64,000 nt of DNA, from positions 1,437 to 65,436 of IMG/VR virus record IMGVR_UViG_3300046474_000147; one strand, written 5' to 3'. The first letter of the stretch is position 1; every line of letters begins with the position of its first letter. The position numbers and the translations under genes are program-made. The notes beneath the pieces were generated by a model, which did no database searches, was not told the origin of the DNA, and was given only the letters and a program-made list of their open reading frames with translations. Below, piece by piece: positions 56,954 to 64,000 of this stretch. The stretch comes from a virus (taxonomy: Duplodnaviria > Caudoviricetes).

Positions 56954-57259
56954 TTACTTGGTCACGGCCGGGCTGATCTCGGCCACCTTACGCCCGCGCA
57001 GGTTCAGCACGTTGATGACGAATGCGCCCAACTCGAACTTGCAGGTTGAAGGGTAGTCAGCGAGGACGGTGCGCAGTTGGCCGACGTTCTTGACCTCGTG
57101 CTTCGCAATCGTGTCCGCCTTCTTCAGCGGCTTCTTGTCGATCACCTTGGCCTGGACCGGATCGGCGCGCTTTGCGTCTTTGAATGAGCGGCGCACACCG
57201 AGCGTGTCTTTGCTCGTCGCGGCGGCCAGGGTGTTAGCGGAGGTCTTTTTGGTTGCCAT
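56954..57259 (-). CDS. Basic hypothetical protein, first gene after the 57.3 kb promoter
   Basis: ATG at 57259 after AAAGGA; 101 aa. Confidence 0.75.
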   Translation of the reverse strand: MATKKTSANTLAAATSKDTLGVRRSFKDAKRADPVQAKVIDKKPLKKADTIAKHEVKNVGQLRTVLADYPSTCKFELGAFVINVLNLRGRKVAEISPAVTK

Positions 57260-57303
57260 TTTTGGCGTCCTTTCGTTTTGGTTGTGGTTACTGCTGAGTT
57301 GAG

Positions 57304-57332
57304 AATATACCGACAAGGAATTTCCGTGTCAA
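57304..57332 (-). promoter_or_regulatory. Sigma70 promoter containing operator A (57312..57330)
   Basis: Minus strand TTGACA-17-TATATT; embeds GACAAGGAATTTCCGTGTC. Confidence 0.8.
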
Positions 57333-57339
57333 ATCTTTT

Positions 57340-57564
57340 TCACAAGTCTTGATCTATCCCTAGATCGGATTCCAGTTTCGCAATTACGCGACGCTGGTGC
57401 TCGACTTGTGCGCGTAGCCTGGTCGATTCTTCCTCGGCTTCGCGGACGCGCTGGCCGCTCGGGCTCTCGATCAGCGCGTGCAGCGGGACATTGTGCTTGC
57501 CGCACACGTCGAGCAGTTTGCGAAGCGAATCGAGCACGGCTGGCGGCAGCGATTTAGAGTTCAT
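57340..57564 (-). CDS. Hypothetical coiled-coil protein
   Basis: 74 aa. Confidence 0.6.
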   Translation of the reverse strand: MNSKSLPPAVLDSLRKLLDVCGKHNVPLHALIESPSGQRVREAEEESTRLRAQVEHQRRVIAKLESDLGIDQDL

Positions 57565-57808
57565 CGAACGAGCCCTCTTCGCGCCAGATCCGCACGCCTG
57601 GCTGCTGATAGATCTCGTCCAGTTCGACGCGCATGATCTTGATGCCGCAGCCTACGCGCAGCGCCGGGCGGCGCAGGAATTCAACGTCGCCCGGTTCCGC
57701 GTCGGGAACGAAGATCGAATCGCCCACCTTCAGGCGGGCGAACTTCTCGATCAACTCGACGACCTGATTAGAGTTCTTCGTCGCTTCCGTCACGATCTTC
57801 ACCTTCAT
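57554..57808 (-). CDS. Small protein (VGDSIFVP...GVRIWR type), possibly DNA-binding
   Basis: 84 aa; ends GSFDEL. Confidence 0.7.
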   Translation of the reverse strand: MKVKIVTEATKNSNQVVELIEKFARLKVGDSIFVPDAEPGDVEFLRRPALRVGCGIKIMRVELDEIYQQPGVRIWREEGSFDEL

Positions 57809-58739
57809 TGAGCACGGTGGTCACGCCGTCGAGGATCTGCTTGAACGTCTTGGCGAGCAGCCAGTACGTCGCGTGCAGATCGTCGGTGTCATTGCCGATC
57901 CCGGTAATCGTCACATCGGACAGCTTCACACCCTTGAACACGAACTTGTCGGTAAGCGTGAAGTCGGCCACAGCGTCGTCGAGCACGACGTACGACATCG
58001 CCAGTTCGACGACGTTGTAGGTGCCGGTCGCCATGACCTTCTGCACTTCTTCGCTCGACACGTCGCGTTCGGACACGCTGATCGTGCGCTTGTCCTCGCC
58101 CTTGAACTTGCCCTTCTTCCCGGCGTGGAGCGCGGTGCCATCGTCGTCGATGCCGAGCGTGGTGTTGCGCGCCAACTCGGCCAAGATGTAGCCCGGCGAG
58201 ACTGCGGTCTTGATGTCGATGAACTCGAACTTGATGTTGCGCGCTTCGGCCAGGCGGTTGAGGAAGTGCAGCACGCTCTCGACCTTCTTCGCGCTCGTCG
58301 AGCAGATCATGATGCGATCCTTGAACACGAGGACCGGCACAGTGCTGCGCACGATGAACGCCTGCGGCAGCAGCGAGTTCTCAACATCCTCGCGCAGTTG
58401 CGCGTATTCCTGCTTGTTGAGCTTGCGGCTGCCCTTCTCGGTCAGTTCCGCGTAGCGGGTCGAGATCTTCTCGTCGCGCACCGACGCGGGCAGCTTGCGC
58501 TCGTTGAACTGCACGACCATGAGCCGCGCGGTGCCGTCGAGATCGTGGACGTAGCGGCCTTCATCGACCGGCCCAACGAAGCCCATGCTCGACCATGTTG
58601 TAGCTGCCGGATCTTTCGCGATGAAGTGCTCAATCGCGTCGGCGGTCTTTTCAGGATTGCGCGCAGCGCGGCCACACCAGTCGTACAGGGCGGCCGTGGT
58701 GGCGAACGGCATGAACGCCTTGATGAGTTTATTTTTCAA
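57768..58739 (-). CDS. rdgC: RdgC-like recombination-associated protein
   Basis: MGFVGP, ERKLPASVRD, LREDVENSLLPQAF; 323 aa; typical of chi-like phages. Confidence 0.8.
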   Translation of the reverse strand: MKNKLIKAFMPFATTAALYDWCGRAARNPEKTADAIEHFIAKDPAATTWSSMGFVGPVDEGRYVHDLDGTARLMVVQFNERKLPASVRDEKISTRYAELTEKGSRKLNKQEYAQLREDVENSLLPQAFIVRSTVPVLVFKDRIMICSTSAKKVESVLHFLNRLAEARNIKFEFIDIKTAVSPGYILAELARNTTLGIDDDGTALHAGKKGKFKGEDKRTISVSERDVSSEEVQKVMATGTYNVVELAMSYVVLDDAVADFTLTDKFVFKGVKLSDVTITGIGNDTDDLHATYWLLAKTFKQILDGVTTVLNEGEDRDGSDEEL

Positions 58740-58897
58740 AGTTCTTCCTCTTCGTCTTGGGTTTCGGGCTTTTGCGACACGTACTCGGTCACGTAGTCGC
58801 CCTTCTCGCGCCGCTTGTTAGCGACATCTTCTTTCAGCGTGAGGTACGGATCGCCGCCCTTCGCAGGTTCGATGATCCACGCTATCGGTTTCTTCAT
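58736..58897 (-). CDS. 53-aa protein ending QDEEEEL
   Basis: MKKPIAWIIEPAKGGDPYLTLKEDVANKRREKGDYVTEYVSQKPETQDEEEEL; TTGA overlap with rdgC; not in the track. Confidence 0.65.
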   Translation of the reverse strand: MKKPIAWIIEPAKGGDPYLTLKEDVANKRREKGDYVTEYVSQKPETQDEEEEL

Positions 58898-58899
58898 GG

Positions 58900-59391
58900 T
58901 CAGTCCCCTACTGGTCGCATCGTGTACTCGATCACGTCCTCGTCGGTGATCGTGTACTTGATCTCGTTGCGCTTGAACACCGTAGCCATGTGCGCGAGAT
59001 CCAACGTCATAGACGACAAGCCCTGCTGCTCCATGACGGCGGCGACGACGGCGGGCATGGTCAGCTTCGTGCGAGCCTGGTACTGCTGTTCAAGCAGCGC
59101 CTCGACCGCGCCGTTCTGTTCGAGCGCGTCGGCATGGCCGAGGTTGTAGGCTTCACGCACGGCGGCACGCACGTAGTTCTGAATGAGGTTCACATGCGTT
59201 GCCGCCATGGTAGGCATGCTTGACAGCGAGGCGCTGACCTTCTCCATCGTGCGCTCGTAGATCTGCTCTTGCGTGCGACGCTCGCGCTTCGGCTCTCGCG
59301 GCGGCTGCTGCGGCAGATCGCCACGGCCCAACAGCGCGCCGATGTTCGCGAGCCCTTTGACGCTTGGGAGCCCTCGGGGTTTCTTTTCCAT
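58900..59391 (-). CDS. Hypothetical protein
   Basis: ATG at 59391; 163 aa. Confidence 0.7.
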   Translation of the reverse strand: MEKKPRGLPSVKGLANIGALLGRGDLPQQPPREPKRERRTQEQIYERTMEKVSASLSSMPTMAATHVNLIQNYVRAAVREAYNLGHADALEQNGAVEALLEQQYQARTKLTMPAVVAAVMEQQGLSSMTLDLAHMATVFKRNEIKYTITDEDVIEYTMRPVGD

Positions 59392-59455
59392 GTTTCTTGT
59401 TTCCGTAATTAAGAAGGGTGTGAATGATACGGCAGGGACTAGCCCTGCCACCGGA

Positions 59456-60079
59456 TTACAGCGGTTCCTGATCGTCGGTGAAGCCGCGCCACGCGAAGTT
59501 CGGCGTGAGATCGGGGTCGATGAAGTAGTCCTCGTGCGGCTTCACGAATCCGTCCTCGCGCTCGTGTTCAGGTTGCAGCGGCCAGGACCAGCTACCGTTG
59601 TCGAACCAACGCTTGTGAGTCTTGTCGGTGCCGTCAGCGTTCTTCTCTGCCAGCGAGCCGACCATCTTGCACTCCCACGCGCCATTCTTCGGCGGGTCTT
59701 GGTCCTTGATCTCGCACCAGTCGGTCATTTTAGTCGTATTCACTTTTCTCTTCCTTTTAGGTTTGGAACCGCTGCTTCGGAAGAAGGCGAGCGGTAGGTC
59801 TTTATAGATGCACCACTTCGGGATAACAGTAACCGTCGGCGGCCCGTACTTATAAACAGCGGGCGAGTTGCGACCGAGTGCCTGCGCCTTGATGGCGATG
59901 TGGATTCGGCCTTTGCCCACAAGATGCTGCATGAAGCGGTTCGCGGTTTGCAGACTCACTTCAAGCATGTCCGCGACTTGCTGCTGTGTCGCGCCGTGCA
60001 GCGGTCGCCCGATCAGGTAGGCCAATATCCGGCCTATCGTCTCGCGCGACTGCGGTGATTCAAAACTTAGCGCCTGCAT
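59456..60079 (-). CDS. Winged-HTH protein fused to an unrelated C-terminal domain (possible internal start at 59728)
   Basis: GATQQQVADMLEVSLQTANRFMQHLVGKGRI; second part begins MTDWCEIK. Confidence 0.6.
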   Translation of the reverse strand: MQALSFESPQSRETIGRILAYLIGRPLHGATQQQVADMLEVSLQTANRFMQHLVGKGRIHIAIKAQALGRNSPAVYKYGPPTVTVIPKWCIYKDLPLAFFRSSGSKPKRKRKVNTTKMTDWCEIKDQDPPKNGAWECKMVGSLAEKNADGTDKTHKRWFDNGSWSWPLQPEHEREDGFVKPHEDYFIDPDLTPNFAWRGFTDDQEPL

Positions 60080-60086
60080 GCTGCGC

Positions 60087-60701
60087 TTAGTTCACGTCGG
60101 TCCTGACTGCACCGAGCCGATTGTCGTCGGCGCGGCGCTGCGGCGAATCGCTCTGATACTTCTCAGCGTAGTCCCTGCGCAGCATCTTGCGGCTGTTGAC
60201 CATGAAGCCCCACGGCCCGAGGTAGCGACCGAACATGAACAGTGTCCATGCCTCACCGCCGTGCAGCTTCGTGATGCGGTGGTACTTGTCGAAGCCGAGC
60301 GTCGTGGTGTCGCCCACCAGGCGCGTGTACTCGAACATGGCGCGGTCGTCGAACAGCGTAAGCGGCTCACTGAGGCGCACTTCGTCGTAGCCGCCCTTCA
60401 GAATCCACGTACGCGCGTTGAACGGATGGTCGTGCAGGTGCCGGTCGAGATCCGGCATGACGATATGGTGGATGCGCAGCGAGAACGGAATGAAGCGGTA
60501 CTTGCGCTTGCCGGTGACAGTCGATTCGCCTTCTTTCGCCATCGTGATTTTGTTGAACAGCCAGTAGCGGTACATGTAGACCTGGCTTTTATCCGCCGAC
60601 ATGATGTGGTCGTCAGGGTCGCGCTGCGCGATGGCGATGAGGCGATCACGAATCGCGGGCATGATGACGATGCTGCCGATGAGGCGTGCGAGGAATTCCA
60701 T
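60087..60701 (-). CDS. Cupin-like phage protein
   Basis: LRIHHIVMPDLDRHLHDHPF, ILKGGYDE, YHRI, WTLFMFG. Confidence 0.75.
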   Translation of the reverse strand: MEFLARLIGSIVIMPAIRDRLIAIAQRDPDDHIMSADKSQVYMYRYWLFNKITMAKEGESTVTGKRKYRFIPFSLRIHHIVMPDLDRHLHDHPFNARTWILKGGYDEVRLSEPLTLFDDRAMFEYTRLVGDTTTLGFDKYHRITKLHGGEAWTLFMFGRYLGPWGFMVNSRKMLRRDYAEKYQSDSPQRRADDNRLGAVRTDVN

Positions 60702-60731
60702 TTTTGTTGTTCTCCCTAGTTATCGTGGTTG

Positions 60732-61016
60732 TTACTGCTTCGGCTTGACGCCGTTGCGCAGCATGTCGAGGACGAAGCGGCCGAGCTTACTGCGAACATC
60801 GCTCGACGACATTGCGGTGCGTTCCGCCCAATTCTCGACTTCCTTCAGCTTGCCGACAACGCGCGGAACTTCATCCTTAGATTCGTCCTGCGGGATCATC
60901 GGCATTTCGACCCAGCGCGCGTAGCTGTCGAACTGCCAGATCGTACCGTCGTTGCAGATCGCGTATAGCTTGCTGTCGCTGCTATCGACCGCGATTTGTA
61001 CTGGCCTGCGGATCAT
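60732..61016 (-). CDS. Hypothetical protein
   Basis: 94 aa; LYAICNDGTIWQ. Confidence 0.7.
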   Translation of the reverse strand: MIRRPVQIAVDSSDSKLYAICNDGTIWQFDSYARWVEMPMIPQDESKDEVPRVVGKLKEVENWAERTAMSSSDVRSKLGRFVLDMLRNGVKPKQ

Positions 61017-61156
61017 TTCTTCTTCCCCTTCTTCTCTCGTTTCAGTCTTGCTCGGATTTGCGCCTTGGCGATTGCACGCGCCTCGGCATCACTTACGCCT
61101 GGAATTCTGCACTTCACCGCGCGTGCCAGGACTGCCACGCCGCTGTACGGGTTCAT
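61013..61156 (-). CDS. Small basic protein (47 aa)
   Basis: ATG at 61156 after AAGGA. Confidence 0.55.
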   Translation of the reverse strand: MNPYSGVAVLARAVKCRIPGVSDAEARAIAKAQIRARLKREKKGKKK

Positions 61157-61158
61157 GG

Positions 61159-61653
61159 CTATTCCTTGCGGTAGCCGAGCATCAGCGCCTTGAACGGGCA
61201 TGCGTTCGGGTCAGCCAGGCCGACGCGGTACGTGTTGCCGTTGTGGCTGACTTGCTCGACATGATACGTGCCGAAAGCGAGCGTTACCGTTTCGATGCTG
61301 AACGGGACGTGGACGTGGCAGCCGTCACCATCGCCGCCGATCAGCGTGACGTGGTTCTGCGCTGCCCACTCGTCGCCGTCGTCGCCTTTGGGGGTGCGGT
61401 AGTTGGTCAGCAGGGCCAGCAGCGGGCACTCGTTCATGGTGCGAACGCCGACGCGGAATACCTCGTGGTGCTTGCCGTAGATAGGAATAATCGCGTACGC
61501 GACGCGCTCGTACCTCACAGCCTCGCCGGGTGCCGCAGGTGCCATGCGTGGAGACTCGACGAACTCGAACTGGCGCATCGTCGCGTCGATTGAGTAGATC
61601 ATGGCGTCGCCAGGGCCGCCGATCAGAAGAAGGCTTACCGATGCTTTATTCAT
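61159..61653 (-). CDS. Hypothetical protein with an internal duplication
   Basis: LIGGPGD..FRVGV..CP and LIGGDGD..YRVGL..CP halves. Confidence 0.7.
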   Translation of the reverse strand: MNKASVSLLLIGGPGDAMIYSIDATMRQFEFVESPRMAPAAPGEAVRYERVAYAIIPIYGKHHEVFRVGVRTMNECPLLALLTNYRTPKGDDGDEWAAQNHVTLIGGDGDGCHVHVPFSIETVTLAFGTYHVEQVSHNGNTYRVGLADPNACPFKALMLGYRKE

Positions 61654-61680
61654 TTTTGTTCTCTTTCAGGTTTTGTAGTT

Positions 61681-62037
61681 TTAGTCGATGATGAGGATGA
61701 TGCGCTCGTTGTTGCTGACGTACCCTGGCCCCTTGGTGGACACGCCGAACCACCGCAGAACCCACGGCCCGCTCGGATACCACTTGTCGTCCTTGACGTA
61801 GGTTTGCGCCTTCCAGCACTTGCCCTCATACGCGCCGCTCGGATTGGTGGTGCTGTACTCGGCCAGTTGCTCGAAGTCGCGACGCGTCATCATCACATGC
61901 GTGTCGTCGATCACGAAGTTGTCCGTGTCGGGTTGATCCCAATGCCGACCCAATTCGTGCGTGATCGGCGGAATCGTATTCGGCGCGGTGATGTGCGTCG
62001 TCGCGCCGTACGGTACGGGGTGCATGGTAGAGATCAC
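61681..62037 (-). CDS. Hypothetical phage protein
   Basis: THELGRHWDQPD, EYSTTNPSGAYEGKCWK. Confidence 0.75.
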   Translation of the reverse strand: MISTMHPVPYGATTHITAPNTIPPITHELGRHWDQPDTDNFVIDDTHVMMTRRDFEQLAEYSTTNPSGAYEGKCWKAQTYVKDDKWYPSGPWVLRWFGVSTKGPGYVSNNERIILIID

Positions 62038-63197
62038 GATTTGTCGCCTTCCTTCTCGGCCGCGATACCGATGGCCTGGTGGAAGCTGGTCGAGAGGTAT
62101 TCGCGCGCATTCGACGCGCCACCGTCGCGCGGGAGAATTTCGATGCGCACACCGTCGTCGCGACCATAGATGGCGACCGCCGCATTGCGCTTGTCGGTGA
62201 CGAGCGCATTCAGTGATGCCAGCAGATCCGCGTCGCCCGCGATCTTCTGCGCCTGGATGGTGGTTTCCGCCAGCACGCGGTTGCGCAGCACTTCAGGGAC
62301 GAAGATGCGCAGATCCTTCGATTCGGGCGGCAGCGTGGCGAACGTGCGGTCGAACGCTTCCAACTCGTGCTCCCAATACGCACGGTCATCCGCGTCGTTC
62401 ATGCCGGTGTACGCCATTTCTTTGATGCGCTCTTCGACGGCCTTGCGCCACGAGTCGCGGTGGGTGTAGAAGTCATGGCTAATGACGACTGGCGGCAACG
62501 TTGTCATCCACAACTGGCCGACCTTGTGTGCCGGGATCTCGACGTTGCGAAGGCGCTTGGCCTGCTCGAATTCAAGAGCGGCTGTCATCACGAGTTCATC
62601 TTCGTGCGGCGTGAACGTCGAGCGCGTGCCGTACACGACCGGCTTGCCGTAACCGTCGGTCGCAACGACGTAGATCGTGTTCGCATAGTATTCCGGCGTT
62701 ACCTTACGCTGCGACGCAAGCACGGTTTTGCGGAACGACTTGTCGCGCGGCGCTGCGAGCGAAACCGGATCTTGGCCCGGCGTGATCGCATCGAGCAGCT
62801 TTTCGCGATCCTCGTCCGACAGATTCAGGCAGACGTGCGGCGTGCCGTGATGTGGGCACCCTTCGTCCCGGCACAGACCTTTGTCGGCGCCATCGACGAC
62901 ACGGCCCGCTGCACTGTACAGTTCGGTGTAATGCTGTTCCAGCACGCGACACAGCGCCTCGCGCAGCTTCTCGGGCATGCCGATTAGGCCGATTGCGGCA
63001 GCGGAGAAACGACCGAAGTCGTACGCCTCCATCACCAGCGCCTCGTCCTCGGTCGGCTTACGGCCCGGCACCTCGATTGTCAGCGCCACGCGCGGATTGA
63101 ACTGGCCCTGCGCGATCAGCATGAGGTGCTGCTGCGCGGTCGTGATGAGCGCGTCGAGTTGCGCGCGGTACTGCTCAACGTCGAATTGGTTGTCCAT
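62034..63197 (-). CDS. Hypothetical mosaic protein
   Basis: ATG at 63197 after AAGGGGA; 387 aa. Confidence 0.7.
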   Translation of the reverse strand: MDNQFDVEQYRAQLDALITTAQQHLMLIAQGQFNPRVALTIEVPGRKPTEDEALVMEAYDFGRFSAAAIGLIGMPEKLREALCRVLEQHYTELYSAAGRVVDGADKGLCRDEGCPHHGTPHVCLNLSDEDREKLLDAITPGQDPVSLAAPRDKSFRKTVLASQRKVTPEYYANTIYVVATDGYGKPVVYGTRSTFTPHEDELVMTAALEFEQAKRLRNVEIPAHKVGQLWMTTLPPVVISHDFYTHRDSWRKAVEERIKEMAYTGMNDADDRAYWEHELEAFDRTFATLPPESKDLRIFVPEVLRNRVLAETTIQAQKIAGDADLLASLNALVTDKRNAAVAIYGRDDGVRIEILPRDGGASNAREYLSTSFHQAIGIAAEKEGDKS

Positions 63198-63207
63198 GTC
63201 GTTCCCC

Positions 63208-64000
63208 TTATGCGGACTCGCGCGCTGCACGAATCGACACTTCGGTTTTGTAGTTGCCCATAGCGAGCGGCCGCTTCGCCACCTGCGAGACGGTCAAGAC
63301 CAGGCCGAGCCGCTGGCAGTCCGACAGGATGCCCTCCATGTATGTGCGCAGTTCTGCCGCAGCGGTCACCTTCTCAACGAGATCGTCGGGTATGTCGCAC
63401 ATCTTCGCCACGCCGCCGACATGGCCCATGATCTGCTTGGCTACCGTAGCGCCAGCGTAGTCCTTGAGATCGCACAGCGCGCGCTCCATCTTCTGCCGGG
63501 CATTGGAGACAATCGTCTCGCCGGGCAGCGGAAGTGCAGCCTGCGTCGCGATGTCGTCGCTCACGCCGATGACGCCACCAGTGCGATACTTGTCGGTGCT
63601 GCCGAAGCCACCGGCACCGCGCTCGGTCGAGTTCAGTTCGTCCACCTCGACGAAAGACACCTGCGGGCACGGAAGGATGACTGCCTGCGCGATTGCCTTG
63701 TCGGGCTCAATCTCAAAGCAGCGGCCCGGTGCGTCGCACGTCAGCTTGACCATGATCTCGCCGCGATAGTCGCTGTCGATGATGCCGGTGCCGTTCGCCA
63801 GGCGCACGTCGTACTTGAAGCCGTGGCCGCTGCGCGAGAACACGAACAGACCGAAGCCTGGCGGGATCTCGACGGCGATGCCGGTGCCGAATACGCGCGG
63901 GTGGCCGTGTTCGACGGTGCCGCTAGTGCTAGGGTACAGGTCGAAGCATGCTGCGCCGGTCGAGCCGTAGGTCGGCATCTTGGCGAGCGGGTAGAGTCGT
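63208..64000 (-). CDS. dut: Trimeric dUTPase, 5'-truncated by the window, with a long C-terminal extension
   Basis: AACFDL, SRSG, GIIDSDYRGEI, IAQ and TERGAGGFGST motifs; the frame stays open to 64000. Confidence 0.9.
   Translation of the reverse strand, partial: RLYPLAKMPTYGSTGAACFDLYPSTSGTVEHGHPRVFGTGIAVEIPPGFGLFVFSRSGHGFKYDVRLANGTGIIDSDYRGEIMVKLTCDAPGRCFEIEPDKAIAQAVILPCPQVSFVEVDELNSTERGAGGFGSTDKYRTGGVIGVSDDIATQAALPLPGETIVSNARQKMERALCDLKDYAGATVAKQIMGHVGGVAKMCDIPDDLVEKVTAAAELRTYMEGILSDCQRLGLVLTVSQVAKRPLAMGNYKTEVSIRAARESA

Noticed and set aside
8677-58739. Reading the DEL tails as eukaryotic KDEL/HDEL ER-retention signals
   Set aside because: Bacteriophage context; the preceding residues are acidic rather than K/H
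1-64000. Prophage or lysogeny module
   Set aside because: No integrase, att-like host junction or host genes recognised; the missing segment outside the window cannot be excluded

Overview
The window is almost the whole genome of a GC-rich, lambda-like siphophage with chi/BcepNazgul-type (Casjensviridae-like) gene order, opened at an arbitrary point. Both window ends lie in the same leftward accessory operon. A probable cos site with repeated R-like elements lies at about 7.3-7.6 kb. It is followed by an orphan N4/N6 methyltransferase, primase-helicase, Cro-like HTH, DUF2800 nuclease, DUF2815 SSB, family-B DNA polymerase, VRR-NUC, SNF2 helicase, terminase, lambda-type head genes, tail genes with a -1 frameshift chaperone, a duplicated tail-tip/fibre region, a lysis cassette, and leftward accessory genes including RdgC and dUTPase. 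No integrase, tRNA or CRISPR array was recognised. The most notable unexplained structure is regulatory. (1) A promoter-plus-terminator unit at 54.27-54.36 kb appears to make a ~60-nt sRNA whose 5' end is antisense to the ribosome-binding leaders of 3-4 distant phage genes. (2) Eleven unrelated proteins share an acidic C-terminal tag ending in L or I. (3) Three separate palindromic operator families occur, one built into all three strong sigma70 promoters. (4) Accessory genes carry duplicated fragments of replication proteins. All calls were made by eye; no database searches were run.
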